This document shows, piece after piece, positions 20,955 to 31,877 of a DNA stretch of 64,000 nucleotides (its first letter is position 1; each line of letters opens with the position of its first letter). The translations under genes and the position numbers were made by a program. The notes beneath the pieces were generated by a model. The model had not been told where the DNA came from. It saw nothing but the letters and a program-made list of their open reading frames with translations, and did not search any database. The DNA is taken from assembly GCA_049903315.1 (NCBI GenBank), contig JBNGBT010000008.1, positions 1-64,000 on the forward strand. The letters are read 5' to 3'. This stretch comes from Candidatus Cloacimonadota bacterium (lineage in GTDB: Bacteria; Cloacimonadota; Cloacimonadia; JGIOTU-2).

Positions 20955-22292
20955 TTATCCGCTGATTGAGAGATTATCAACAAGAATAGAGGGAGAGCCG
21001 GTTGCAGAAAGTTTAAATTTGAGATCATCTGCAACCCCAACTATGCGCTTCATCAGCTGAAAGAAGTTGCCGGATACAGTAAAATTGTGAATTGGATATT
21101 TTCTTTGTCCATCCTTGCAGTAAAAGCCCTGAGCACCCATTGAAAAATCTCCGGAAATCGTATTACAACCGCTGTGCATGCCCGACAACTGAACAATTTC
21201 CACACACTCTGGAAACATGGAATAAAGTGCTTTTTTAGATGTCGAACCGGATTTGATGAATAAATTTGAAGGTGAAATGTTGATAGAAGTTTTAAACGAT
21301 CGGCTTGCGTTACCGGTCGAAGTAGTGCTATCTTTTAAAGCGGTCATTGTGTTGTGAAGAAAGGACTGCAATTTCCCGTCAGAAACCAAAACTGTTTTTT
21401 GAGAAGAATATCCTTCATCATCAAAGGGGCGTGTATTATAGCCACCAGAGAGCAATGCGTCGTCGATAATACTTACGATCGGGTTTGCAATATTCTGATC
21501 AAGCTGACCCTTCAGAAGAGATTGACCTTCCTGCACATTCTTTGCCGAAAAGATATTCCAGAATGTACTTAAAAGTGTTGCCGACATTTCATTGCTAAAC
21601 AGGATTGGATAATTACCAGAATCTATCTCTCGAGCACCTATTAGTTCAAGCGCTTTTTGCACAGCCTCATTACTTATTTTAATGGGATTAATGTCATCAA
21701 AGTTTCGGGACATAGTATCAGACAAACCGGATTTTGTTTCATTATCATCTTTTGCAAGGCAAAACGAAAGACCATAGCACGCATTGGTTGAATATTCTTT
21801 GTTCAAACCGTTTGAATTCGCAATTTTGAAAAAAGATTCGTTATCACCGATAAGTGCATGAGGTACATTAATGATTCTTTTATCTAAGCCCAATGCAATC
21901 TTCTCAATTTCTTTCGCTTTTTTTATCTTGTTCTCAACCGGAATTTGCTCTATTTTATCGTTGTAAATATCGAGGTTTTGGTTGATAGAAGGATAGTTCT
22001 TCAAGATCACTTTTTCTTTATAATCAACGTTTCTTGCATTATCCTTAGCGCTTAATAGAGCCAAACTGAGAGATTCTTTATCTAATTTTTCTGAATATGA
22101 ATAACCGGTACTGCCATCAATGATCACTCTTATTCCAAGACCAATTGAATCCGAGTAATTATACGCATCAATATCCTGACGGAATATCTTCACCGAAAAG
22201 GACTTAGATTTAGAAAGATACACATCATAATCTTTGATATCATGAGTTTTAGCGAGATCATGTATGTTCTGAAATTCTTTTTTAAACATCAT
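20955..22292 (-). CDS. pmbA: TldE/PmbA family protein
   Basis: RPFDDEG, STGNASR, SGDFS; no HExxxH; coupled to tldD. Confidence 0.9.
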   Translation of the reverse strand: MMFKKEFQNIHDLAKTHDIKDYDVYLSKSKSFSVKIFRQDIDAYNYSDSIGLGIRVIIDGSTGYSYSEKLDKESLSLALLSAKDNARNVDYKEKVILKNYPSINQNLDIYNDKIEQIPVENKIKKAKEIEKIALGLDKRIINVPHALIGDNESFFKIANSNGLNKEYSTNACYGLSFCLAKDDNETKSGLSDTMSRNFDDINPIKISNEAVQKALELIGAREIDSGNYPILFSNEMSATLLSTFWNIFSAKNVQEGQSLLKGQLDQNIANPIVSIIDDALLSGGYNTRPFDDEGYSSQKTVLVSDGKLQSFLHNTMTALKDSTTSTGNASRSFKTSINISPSNLFIKSGSTSKKALYSMFPECVEIVQLSGMHSGCNTISGDFSMGAQGFYCKDGQRKYPIHNFTVSGNFFQLMKRIVGVADDLKFKLSATGSPSILVDNLSISG

Positions 22293-23677
22293 TTCTCCTT
22301 TCGTCCACCGACAACAATCTCATCAACTTTGATTGTCGGCTGCCCCACACAAGTTGGTATACTTCCACTTTGAGAGCCGCACATACCCTCAGCAAGCTCA
22401 AGATCGTCGCTGACCATACTGATTTTATTAAGAATGTCTTTGCCATTACCTATCAATGTAGCGCCACGAACGGGTTTTGTAATCTTACCACCTTCAATAA
22501 TATAACCTTCTCCCACCGAGAAATTGAAATCACCTGTTCCCGGCTGAACAGAACCACCCCCCATCTTTTTAGCGTATAATCCATACTCTATTGAAGATAT
22601 CATATCATCAATTGTATCTGATCCAATATCAATGTACGTATTTCTCATGCGAGAGGTTGGCGCGAATTTGTAAGATTGCCTTCTCCCACTTCCAGTTGAA
22701 GGAATACCAATTTTCATACCACCAAGTTTGTCGATCATAAATGACTTGAGTATACCCTTATCTATGAGAACTGTCCTTTGTGTTGTATTACCCTCGTCAT
22801 CAATAGTTGTGGATCCCCATCTGTTTGGCATTGTCCCATCATCAATTGCGGTAACACACGGATTTGCAATTTGAGTATTCAGCTTATCCGCAAACACTGA
22901 AGCACCCTTTGCAACAGATGTTGTTTCAAGAGAATGTCCGCATGCCTCGTGGAATATGACACCGCCAAATGCATTTCCGATAATAACAGGAAATTTACCG
23001 CTTGGAGCATACTCAGCGAGAAGCATTTTTACAGCTCTTTCTGCAGTCGTTCTCCCAAGTTCTTCAGGATCTAGGTTCTTGAAGAATTCATAACCCATGA
23101 GAGCTCCGGGACCTTCTGAACCAGTTTGCATCTGGTTATCCTTGTGAGCAATAGAGCTGACATATACGCGAGCATACGTTCTCTGATCAGGAGTTGATAA
23201 ACCTTCACTATTCGCTATCAGGACATTCTGAACTTTTTCCATATAAGTGATACTCACTTGAGAGATATACTCTGAGAAATTTCTGGAAGCAGCATCAATT
23301 AAATGAACAAAAGCGACTTTATCATTATTGGGTATAGAGTTGAATTGCGTGATAATCTTATGTGGGGAATCAAATACTGTTTTAATAAGGTTAACTACTT
23401 GAAGGGATTTATCACCGATTTCAGCTTTACTCACGACTTCTGCTGCTTTGAGAAGACCTTTTTCTGAGACATCATTTGTATAAGCATAGATCGCCTTGTG
23501 TCCATAAAAAACTCTTATGCCAGCACCACAATCATTTCCGGTAATAGATTTTACTATCATACTATCAAGCAGTTGCATCGTCGAACTTGTAGAATCTTCG
23601 AAGAACAGTTCGGAAAAATCAGCACCATTTGAAAGCGCTTTTTGAAGAACGCGTTCAATTATTGAATCTTTAATCAT
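22289..23677 (-). CDS. tldD: TldD metalloprotease
   Basis: HEACGH, DDEG, SRMRNT, GMCG. Confidence 0.95.
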   Translation of the reverse strand: MIKDSIIERVLQKALSNGADFSELFFEDSTSSTMQLLDSMIVKSITGNDCGAGIRVFYGHKAIYAYTNDVSEKGLLKAAEVVSKAEIGDKSLQVVNLIKTVFDSPHKIITQFNSIPNNDKVAFVHLIDAASRNFSEYISQVSITYMEKVQNVLIANSEGLSTPDQRTYARVYVSSIAHKDNQMQTGSEGPGALMGYEFFKNLDPEELGRTTAERAVKMLLAEYAPSGKFPVIIGNAFGGVIFHEACGHSLETTSVAKGASVFADKLNTQIANPCVTAIDDGTMPNRWGSTTIDDEGNTTQRTVLIDKGILKSFMIDKLGGMKIGIPSTGSGRRQSYKFAPTSRMRNTYIDIGSDTIDDMISSIEYGLYAKKMGGGSVQPGTGDFNFSVGEGYIIEGGKITKPVRGATLIGNGKDILNKISMVSDDLELAEGMCGSQSGSIPTCVGQPTIKVDEIVVGGRKEK

Positions 23678-23789
23678 GTGACCTCCATGACGTTACTCAG
23701 GCTTAAAATATGTTCAGTGATGTCAAGAAAGTGTAGAAAATTTTGACAACAAATTTCAATAATAAATAAGCTCATATGTTGAGGTAGCT

Positions 23790-24167
23790 ATGTTTATTAT
23801 TAATATTAAAAGTAATTTCAGCGCCGCACACAATCTTGTGGGCTATAAAGGCGACTGCGCAAAAGTGCATGGACACAACTGGAACGTGCGTCTTGCATTG
23901 AGATGTAATAAAATTGATGAAGTTGGAATGACCATAGATTTCAAAATACTGAAAAATGATTTCAATAAATTATTGGAAGAATTTGATCATGAAAATTTGA
24001 ATACGCTTGAATGCTTCGATAATTGCAATCCCACTTCTGAATCAATTGCACAAAAACTATACGAGAAAGCTCAATTGGTTTTTAATAATGAAAGCACATC
24101 TGTGTTTGAAATAGAAGTAAGTGAATCAGAAAAATATTCTGTAATATATAGACCAGATGAAAATTAG
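23790..24167 (+). CDS. queD: 6-carboxy-5,6,7,8-tetrahydropterin synthase
   Basis: FSAAH, C..VHGHNW, DF, DH.NLN, NPTSE. Confidence 0.93.
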   Translation: MFIINIKSNFSAAHNLVGYKGDCAKVHGHNWNVRLALRCNKIDEVGMTIDFKILKNDFNKLLEEFDHENLNTLECFDNCNPTSESIAQKLYEKAQLVFNNESTSVFEIEVSESEKYSVIYRPDEN

Positions 24168-24789
24168 CGATTCAAAATTTGTCCAAAGCGCTTATAAATT
24201 CACAGATCTCTCGAATAGTGAATTTCCTGAAATTGCCTTTATTGGTCGTTCCAATGTGGGTAAATCATCCTTGATAAACACGTTGCTTCAAAGAAAAAAT
24301 ATTGCTCAAATTAGCAAGAAACCGGGGAAAACCCGCACGATAAACATTTTTGAGGTGTCGTGTAAATGTAATGATCAAAAAGAGAAAATGAATTTTGCGG
24401 ATCTTCCTGGATACGGATATGCAAAAATATCAGAGAAAACCCAGCAGGCATGGAAAGTACTTATCGAAGATTACATTTCAAAGAGGAGAAATCTTTGTGG
24501 TTTAATATTGATTGTGGATATAAGGCACAATGCAGATAAAAAGGATATTGATGCAAAGGACTGGATTACTTCTCATATGATAGAAATGTTGGTAGTTCCC
24601 ACAAAAGCTGATAAATTAAGCAAGTCACAAGCAGCCATAAAGATAAGGATGTTAAAGGATCAATTTTTATTGTCGCCAAATCAAGATATTATTGGATTCT
24701 CTTCGAAAACAAGGTTTGGAAGAGAAAAAATTTTGGAATGGATTGAACAGCTCATTTCGTCTGTTAAGAACGGAGATGATATATGTTAG
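24157..24789 (+). CDS. engB: Ribosome biogenesis GTPase YihA/YsxC
   Basis: GRSNVGKSS, PGKT, DLPGYG, TKADK. Confidence 0.96.
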   Translation: MKISDSKFVQSAYKFTDLSNSEFPEIAFIGRSNVGKSSLINTLLQRKNIAQISKKPGKTRTINIFEVSCKCNDQKEKMNFADLPGYGYAKISEKTQQAWKVLIEDYISKRRNLCGLILIVDIRHNADKKDIDAKDWITSHMIEMLVVPTKADKLSKSQAAIKIRMLKDQFLLSPNQDIIGFSSKTRFGREKILEWIEQLISSVKNGDDIC

Positions 24790-26651
24790 AAAAAGTACAG
24801 AATCCAGAAGCAATTAAAAAATTGGATCTGTTAGAATTGAAACAATTATGCAAAGATGTACGGCATAGAATAATTGAAGTAACCTCAAAAACTGGCGGAC
24901 ATCTTGCCCCAAGTCTTGGTGTAGTGGAACTCACAGTGGCACTGCTCAATGTATTTGACCCATTAAAGAATAGAATTATATGGGATGTTGGGCACCAATC
25001 ATATGCATACAAAATTTTAACCGAAAGAAATGAAAAATTTGATGATTTACGACAATACAGGGGAATAAGTGGTTTTAATTCCATTTCAGAGAGCAAGTAT
25101 GACGCCTTCGGCGTGGGACATAGCAGCACATCACTCTCTGCTGCTCTTGGGATTTCAATAGCAAAAGAGCACAAACAAAAACCCGATAAGACAATTGTCG
25201 TTATTGGAGACGGAGCACTCACTGCAGGTGAAGCATACGAAGGATTGAATAATATTGGTGGTCTTAAAAAAGATATTATTGTAATTCTTAATGATAATTC
25301 GATGTCTATATCAAAAAATGTAGGTGGGATGCATCACTATCTCGCAAATGTGCTTTCAGGAAGGCATTATAACCGTATCAAAAATGACGTTTGGGACATG
25401 GTGCAGACGTTGCCAAGGGGTGTAAAAAATAAAATTATTACTGGTGCTCGAAGATTTGAAGAAAGCATCCTGAATATGATCATACCCAATAGTCTTTTTG
25501 AAGATCTTGGATTCAGATATATAGGCCCAATTAACGGTCATGATCTCCCGACTGCTATTAAAATACTCAAACAAGTTCGGAATAATATTAGTGAACCTGT
25601 ACTTTTGCACGTCATCACTAAAAAGGGAAAGGGCTACGAGTTTGCAGAAAAAGATGCGACAAAATTTCACGGTATTTCATCTTTTAATAATATTACGGGT
25701 GAAATAAATAAGAAAAGGGCAAAATACCCGAAACCTTCATATTCAAAGCTTTTTGGAGACACGCTCACAGAAATTGCCCAGAATGACAAAGATGTGGTTG
25801 CAATTACTGCTGCTATGTGTGACGGGACAGGACTTAATGAATTCAGGAACAAATTTTCTGATAGATTCTATGATGTCGGAATCGCAGAGCAGCATGCTGT
25901 GACATTTGCTGCAGGAATAGCCTCAGAGGGGTTGAAACCTTATGTGGCAATATATTCCACTTTTCTTCAGCGCGCTTTTGACCAGATCATCCATGATGTA
26001 GCTCTTCAAAAATTACCTGTTAGATTCGCAATCGATAGAGGTGGACTTGTGGGAGAAGATGGTCCAACTCACCACGGTGCCTTCGACCTTTCTTACTTAA
26101 GGTGCATTCCCAATATGGTTATCATGGCTCCAAAAGATGGAGATGAACTTAAAAGAATGCTTTTATTTATGAATAAATATGACAAAGGTCCGATTACAGT
26201 CCGATATCCTCGGGGCGTAATTGACGATTACGATCTAAAAAAAGAGAGAATTCGATTGGGTAAATTTGAAGTAGTATATGAGGGACAAAAAACAGCTATC
26301 ATATGTGCAGGCACAAGTTTCAAAATTGGATATGAAGTTTATCAAAAGCTAAAGATGAAAAATATTAATCCATTCCTGATAAATGCTCGATTTATCAAAC
26401 CAATTGATGAGGATGTATTAAAAGAACTATACAAAAAGAAAATAAAGAATATCATCACAATCGAGGAAAATGCCCTTTATGGGGGTTTCGGTACTGCAAT
26501 TCTGGAAAAATGCAATGAATTGAAAACTAATTTTAACATTAACCGTTTTGGGCTCCCCGATGAATTTGTCACTTATGGCAATGCAGATATTTTAAGAAAA
26601 AAGATTGGGTTGACAGTTAAAGATATTTATTCATTAATACTTAATCTATGA
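24783..26651 (+). CDS. dxs: 1-deoxy-D-xylulose-5-phosphate synthase
   Basis: GGHLAPSLG, WDVGHQ, GDGALT..EGLNN, IAEQHA, DGPTHHG. Confidence 0.98.
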   Translation: MLEKVQNPEAIKKLDLLELKQLCKDVRHRIIEVTSKTGGHLAPSLGVVELTVALLNVFDPLKNRIIWDVGHQSYAYKILTERNEKFDDLRQYRGISGFNSISESKYDAFGVGHSSTSLSAALGISIAKEHKQKPDKTIVVIGDGALTAGEAYEGLNNIGGLKKDIIVILNDNSMSISKNVGGMHHYLANVLSGRHYNRIKNDVWDMVQTLPRGVKNKIITGARRFEESILNMIIPNSLFEDLGFRYIGPINGHDLPTAIKILKQVRNNISEPVLLHVITKKGKGYEFAEKDATKFHGISSFNNITGEINKKRAKYPKPSYSKLFGDTLTEIAQNDKDVVAITAAMCDGTGLNEFRNKFSDRFYDVGIAEQHAVTFAAGIASEGLKPYVAIYSTFLQRAFDQIIHDVALQKLPVRFAIDRGGLVGEDGPTHHGAFDLSYLRCIPNMVIMAPKDGDELKRMLLFMNKYDKGPITVRYPRGVIDDYDLKKERIRLGKFEVVYEGQKTAIICAGTSFKIGYEVYQKLKMKNINPFLINARFIKPIDEDVLKELYKKKIKNIITIEENALYGGFGTAILEKCNELKTNFNINRFGLPDEFVTYGNADILRKKIGLTVKDIYSLILNL

Positions 26652-27988
26652 CCCATCACAATGACACTATTGTAGCAGTTTCTACCCCTCCGGGCATTGG
26701 CGGTATATCTGTTATAAGAATAAGCGGGGCAGAATGTTTTGCAATTCTTGAAAAGGTATTTATTTCTCAGATCTCTGTTACAGAGTTGAAATCTCATCAT
26801 ATTTATTATGGCAAGATTTATAGTGAAAATCTATTAATAGATGAAGTACTTGTTTCAGTTTTCAAAAATCCAAACAGCTTCACGGGTGAAGATGTTGTTG
26901 AAATAAGCTGCCATGGGGGAGCATTTGTGACACAGAGTGTTCTCCAGACCATCTTGAAAAACGGTGCGAGACATGCAGAAAAGGGAGAATTTACAAAAAG
27001 GGCATTTCTCAATGGTAAGATGGACCTCACAGAAGCAGAGGCTGTCATAGATCTAATTCACGCATCAACGAAACACTCTTTAGAATCCGCGATATATCAA
27101 CTTGAAGGAAAATTGTATAATTCAATCAATCAGATCTTGAAGGATATAACTTCAGTGCGATCAGAAATAGAATTGGATATTGATTTTTCAGATCAAGGAT
27201 TGGAACATAAGAAATACCAGGATTATCTCTCTATTTTATTGGAAATTAAATCAAGAATCGAAAAGCTGATCACATCAGCAAAAGAGGGGCTTATACTTCA
27301 TGATGGGTTTCGGGTAGTTATTGCTGGACCACCAAATGCAGGCAAATCAAGCGTATTCAATAGAATTATTGAAAACGAAAGAGCAATCGTGACGGATGTT
27401 CCTGGCACAACGAGAGATTACATTGAAGAGGACATTGCACTTGAAGGATATTTAGTGAAGCTTTTTGATACTGCCGGATTAAGAGAAAAACCAGAAAAAA
27501 TAGAGCAATTCGGTATAGAGAAGGCATATAAGATTTTGAAAGACGCACATCTTATTTTGTGGATCGAGGATTGTTCTGTTTCACGAGAAACATCTCTGCC
27601 CAATTTTGAGGGAATAGAAACAATATCTGTGCTTAATAAGTCAGATCTGATAAGAAAAGGCAATGCAGTAAGCTCAGATTCAATTTTTGTTTCAGCTAAA
27701 ACAGGAAGCGGAATTGAAGAGTTAAAGAAAATGATTGTAGATAATATTGATGTAAGCGGAGAAGATCTCGCTGATGGATTGATTACTAACTCACGACAGC
27801 TTGGTGCTGCAGAAAAAAGTCTGAGCGCATTAACTCAGGCAGTTGAAACTACAAAATCGAAAAGAGGTCTCGAGTTCATTGCTTTTGATCTTCATGAAGC
27901 AAGTGAATATCTAGAGGAAATAATAGGGAAAATCAGCAATGAGGATATTATAAATTCAATATTTGATCGCTTCTGCGTAGGAAAGTGA
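26648..27988 (+). CDS. mnmE: tRNA modification GTPase MnmE
   Basis: GEFTKRAFLNGKMDL, GPPNAGKSS, GTTRD, DTAG, C-terminal FCVGK. Confidence 0.98.
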   Translation: MTHHNDTIVAVSTPPGIGGISVIRISGAECFAILEKVFISQISVTELKSHHIYYGKIYSENLLIDEVLVSVFKNPNSFTGEDVVEISCHGGAFVTQSVLQTILKNGARHAEKGEFTKRAFLNGKMDLTEAEAVIDLIHASTKHSLESAIYQLEGKLYNSINQILKDITSVRSEIELDIDFSDQGLEHKKYQDYLSILLEIKSRIEKLITSAKEGLILHDGFRVVIAGPPNAGKSSVFNRIIENERAIVTDVPGTTRDYIEEDIALEGYLVKLFDTAGLREKPEKIEQFGIEKAYKILKDAHLILWIEDCSVSRETSLPNFEGIETISVLNKSDLIRKGNAVSSDSIFVSAKTGSGIEELKKMIVDNIDVSGEDLADGLITNSRQLGAAEKSLSALTQAVETTKSKRGLEFIAFDLHEASEYLEEIIGKISNEDIINSIFDRFCVGK

Positions 27989-27993
27989 AGAAT

Positions 27994-29571
27994 TTATAAT
28001 TGAAGAACTTCTCTCACCTTTTCCACGAGAGAATCAGGCGAGAATGGTTTTTGAATAAAGTTAGTACCCGGTTCCAGAACTCCTCTATTTCGCATCTCCT
28101 CACCAGTATAGCCAGACATGAAAAGAATTTTAAGCTGTGGTTTTTCAACCATGATTCTTTCAGCTAATTCTCTCCCATTCATCTCAGGCATGATGACATC
28201 TGTCAGCATAAGGTCGATCTGATCTGTATACTCTTTTGAAACCTCAAGTGCATTTAACCCATTATTTGCAGTAATAACCTTGAATCCTTCATCTTCTAAT
28301 ATTTCCGTAACAAGGTCTTGAACCATCTCTTGATCTTCGACAAGGAGTATGGTGTATTGCTTGTCAATTGAAGTTTGTTTAACTGGTTCAGCCTCAGGTT
28401 TTTGGGGTTCAATAATCTGTTCTTCGACATGTTCACATCGAGGGAAATATATTTTGAAAGTTGTACCTTCACCAAGTTCGCTTTCAACCTCAATCCCGCC
28501 ATCTCCCTGCTTGATGATACCATAAACAGTGGCGAGGCCAAGCCCGGTTCCTTTACCCACCTCTTTTGTTGTAAAGAAAGGCTCAAATATCCTAGAAATC
28601 GTTTCTTTACTCATTCCAGTTCCGGTATCACATACTTCAATTATTGCATATTCTCCAGGGCTAAGCGGTTCGATTTCCCCTATAACATCATTCTCATGAA
28701 TTTCTGAAGATAGAGTTCTTATCGTAAGTTTGCCGCCATTTTGTATGGCATCTCTTGCATTCACTGCCATGTTCATAAGAATTTGGTCGATCTGATTACT
28801 GTCAGCTTTGATAAATATATCGTCAGCAAATTCGGTATTTAGAACTATGTCTTCACCAATCAAGCGTTGCAGCATATCTCGAACATCATCAATTGCTTTG
28901 TTGAGATTGAGTATCTTTGGTTCAATTATTTGCTGCCTGCTGAAAGTAAGAAGCTGCCCTGTCAAAGATGCAGCCCTGCCGCCGGCTTTACGTATTTCTT
29001 TGAGATCATTATATATAGGATTTGATTCATCTAACTTGCGAAGAAGAAGGTCACAACGACCATTGATCGCTGTAAGAAGATTGTTGAAATCATGTGCAAT
29101 TCCACCTGCAAGACGCCCAATAGTGTCCATCTTTTGTGTTTGCCGAAGCTTTTCTTCACTGTCCTTCAATTCCTGCTCGAGTTTTTTGGATTCAGTAATG
29201 TCTTCACATATGGTCACAACTGCAATTGGCAGACCCTCAGCATTTCTAACGATATCAGAAACAAGACGTACAGGAAAAGAATCTCCATTTTGTTTAATGT
29301 TAGTACTTTCGCGAATCATTCCTTTCCATTTCATTACCTGATCAATTACCCATGGCTGCAATTTCTTTGTTGTGGCAAAAATGCGTACATCTTTACCAAG
29401 TAATTCATTGGGTTCCCATCCATGCATATGTGCATCAGCCGGATTTGTATATATTATCTCACCCTTTGTATTGGAGATAGTAACCCCAAGCTTCATGGTC
29501 TCTATAGCTTTTTTTAACTGGAGATATTCATCATCCGTACTGACAAATGGAGGTTGATTAATTTCACTCAT
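27994..29571 (-). CDS. Cytoplasmic PAS hybrid sensor histidine kinase (PAS-HisKA-HATPase-REC)
   Basis: AHDFNNLL, NARDA, DTGTG, FEPFFTTK, GTGLGL; REC with TDVIMP, MSGY, KPF. Confidence 0.95.
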   Translation of the reverse strand: MSEINQPPFVSTDDEYLQLKKAIETMKLGVTISNTKGEIIYTNPADAHMHGWEPNELLGKDVRIFATTKKLQPWVIDQVMKWKGMIRESTNIKQNGDSFPVRLVSDIVRNAEGLPIAVVTICEDITESKKLEQELKDSEEKLRQTQKMDTIGRLAGGIAHDFNNLLTAINGRCDLLLRKLDESNPIYNDLKEIRKAGGRAASLTGQLLTFSRQQIIEPKILNLNKAIDDVRDMLQRLIGEDIVLNTEFADDIFIKADSNQIDQILMNMAVNARDAIQNGGKLTIRTLSSEIHENDVIGEIEPLSPGEYAIIEVCDTGTGMSKETISRIFEPFFTTKEVGKGTGLGLATVYGIIKQGDGGIEVESELGEGTTFKIYFPRCEHVEEQIIEPQKPEAEPVKQTSIDKQYTILLVEDQEMVQDLVTEILEDEGFKVITANNGLNALEVSKEYTDQIDLMLTDVIMPEMNGRELAERIMVEKPQLKILFMSGYTGEEMRNRGVLEPGTNFIQKPFSPDSLVEKVREVLQL

Positions 29572-29617
29572 TGATAACCTTTAAATTATAATTTTGAAAA
29601 AAAGAACAAAAGTTATA

Positions 29618-31822
29618 CTATTTGAAGTATATAATTTTTCCAAACGAGCTCAAGCCTTTTGTCTCAATTTTATAGAAATATATTCCTGCCGGAATTGATG
29701 TCCCATTTAGATATTTTCCTGTCCAGCTTAAAATATTTGAGTTGTTGAAATCGTTATATGTAAATTTTCTTATCAAATGACCCCGGACATCATAAATTTC
29801 AAGATGCTCAATTTTATCATGTAGTGATGAGAAATCAAATGTAATTTTATCATTAAATGGATTGGGGTATGGCGAGAGCAATAGCAGGTTGATATCAGGC
29901 GTGTTAACTCCCGTAGGAAAAGCTGTAAGATCATGAGGATTAAAAGGATCACCAAGTGTGGTGTTGTCTTCAAAAGTAATTGTTTCTATGCAATTATATA
30001 AAGAATCTGATGTCTCGTGATAAATTTTAAAAGAGATTATTTCACCATTATCGTTGCCGACAATAGTAAAGTACCAATAACCATCCCAATATGGTGGATT
30101 CGCAGCTTGCCATAATGCGATTGAGCGACAGTCTGATTCTCCGCCCGGACCAAAAGCACCAGCAGCATTTTGATCCACCCCACCTTCAAAAGAGATTCCG
30201 TTATAGGTTATGCGCGCCATTACTATCATGGAATACTGAGTGCCGGGAATGATTTGCCAATCTGGCGGATTAGCTCTATAGATTGCTTTATTTTGCGATT
30301 TGATCTCTGAACTTGATGGATATATAAGCTCGTCAGAAGAGGTCATTTTAATCTTATAGCCCACATTAGGCTCCATGAGAGTAAGATTACCAACCCATGC
30401 ACTAGGTGGCTCATAGTATGTTGCAGACTGAGTTTGATTCTTGATCTGAAAAACATGAGGGGTGATTCCTTGAAGGGCATATTCTACAGGTAAAGCTTCT
30501 TGAGGATAATATGCAATCCAATTCCAATTCTCAGTTAAAGGAATAGGTGTAAAAGTCTCAACCGGCATACCTGAAACAGAGAATGAATCAACAGTATTGT
30601 TCATAGAAAGAAGATAGGCACTATCAACAGTAATATTTGTGAGATTTCCCACCCATGTGCCGGGAGGTTCATAGTATGTTGCAGACTGAGTTTGATTCTT
30701 GATTTGATAGATATCTGCACCTAATTGGGAGAAAACCGAGTCTAATGAAGAGTTTTTCGGATAAATATTAAAAGAAATCCAGTTCCAGTTTTCAGTTAAT
30801 TGAAAAATCTGCTCATATCCTACAGAGAGTTGAAAAGGATTGTCAGGGCTCCCAATCGTTTCATTATTTTGAAAAACAACTGTCGGGAGGCACGTGTAAA
30901 TTGAAGCAGTATTCTCGTCATAAACGTTGAAAAATATCTCTTCACCATTTATGTCACCCAAGATATTAAGATACCAATAGCCATCCCAGTATGGCGGATT
31001 AGGAATTTCCCAGGAGCCGATTGCGCGGCAATCATCATTTCCACCCGGACCAAATGCTGCGATCAAATTATTGCTCATCCCGGAGAGTTCATTTCCATTA
31101 ACATCAACTTCACCCATTACGACCATACTGTATTGGGTGCCCGTGATCTGTTCCCAATCAATTAATGTTGCGTTAGTACTATCTGTAACCAGGTTTTCAT
31201 GGACAATGATATCATACAATATGACAGTTGTATGTCCAGCAAGTGTGAAAGCCAAATCATAGACCCCCGGAGGAAGCATAAGCTGATAATATCCATCAGC
31301 GTCTGGAGACGTAGAAATTGCGCCAAATGAAATCTGTACTTCTTCAATATTACCCACAGGAGGTGTGTTAGTGATCAGAGTTACTTTACCGGCAATAGAC
31401 CCCATTTCTGCTGTTATTAAGTATGGATTTTCAGGAGAACCATACGTTTGACCATCCTGAAAGACAAGCTCTTCATTGCAGTTATATACAGTATCAGTTA
31501 CGGAATCATATATTTTGAAATGAATCTCATCACCATTTGTGTTTCCCACAATAGTGAAATACCAATAGCCATCCCAATAAGGGGGATTGTCCGGCTGCCA
31601 CATTGCCAATGATCTACAATCTGATTCTCCACCAGGACCGAATGCCGCAGCAATATTAATCGAATCTATACCTGTAAAAGGTTCATCATACAAATAAATA
31701 TCACCCAAAACAACCATTGAGTATTGAGTGCCTTGAACTGGATGCCAGTCTGGGGGTGTGGCTAAAAGTATTGATACATCAAGAGTGAGGAGTATGAGAA
31801 TAATAAGGACTTTTCTTTTCAT
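29618..31822 (-). CDS. Secreted repeat protein with T9SS-type C-terminal sorting domain
   Basis: Signal peptide; 3x module GTQYSM..AFGPGG..DCR..NPPYWDGYWY; 2x LTENWNWI; CTD YPNPFN...IYDVRG...GIYFYKI. Confidence 0.85.
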   Translation of the reverse strand: MKRKVLIILILLTLDVSILLATPPDWHPVQGTQYSMVVLGDIYLYDEPFTGIDSINIAAAFGPGGESDCRSLAMWQPDNPPYWDGYWYFTIVGNTNGDEIHFKIYDSVTDTVYNCNEELVFQDGQTYGSPENPYLITAEMGSIAGKVTLITNTPPVGNIEEVQISFGAISTSPDADGYYQLMLPPGVYDLAFTLAGHTTVILYDIIVHENLVTDSTNATLIDWEQITGTQYSMVVMGEVDVNGNELSGMSNNLIAAFGPGGNDDCRAIGSWEIPNPPYWDGYWYLNILGDINGEEIFFNVYDENTASIYTCLPTVVFQNNETIGSPDNPFQLSVGYEQIFQLTENWNWISFNIYPKNSSLDSVFSQLGADIYQIKNQTQSATYYEPPGTWVGNLTNITVDSAYLLSMNNTVDSFSVSGMPVETFTPIPLTENWNWIAYYPQEALPVEYALQGITPHVFQIKNQTQSATYYEPPSAWVGNLTLMEPNVGYKIKMTSSDELIYPSSSEIKSQNKAIYRANPPDWQIIPGTQYSMIVMARITYNGISFEGGVDQNAAGAFGPGGESDCRSIALWQAANPPYWDGYWYFTIVGNDNGEIISFKIYHETSDSLYNCIETITFEDNTTLGDPFNPHDLTAFPTGVNTPDINLLLLSPYPNPFNDKITFDFSSLHDKIEHLEIYDVRGHLIRKFTYNDFNNSNILSWTGKYLNGTSIPAGIYFYKIETKGLSSFGKIIYFK
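30411..30703. repeat. 35-bp exact intragenic direct repeat
   Basis: tcatagtatgttgcagactgagtttgattcttgat at 30411-30445 and 30669-30703 (encodes IKNQTQSATYY). Confidence 0.85.
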
Positions 31823-31833
31823 GATTGTCCATT

Positions 31834-31869
31834 AAAAAAAGAGGGAAGGAAGTATGAGCTTCCTTCCCT
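31834..31869 (-). terminator. Rho-independent terminator
   Basis: Stem AGGGAAGGAAG/CTTCCTTCCCT followed by a T7 tract on the minus strand. Confidence 0.85.
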
Positions 31870-31877
31870 ATTAATAT

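Noticed and set aside
30411..30703. CRISPR array or diversity-generating retroelement repeat pair
   Set aside because: Only two copies, both in frame within one gene; no spacer array, cas genes, reverse transcriptase or adenine-specific mismatches
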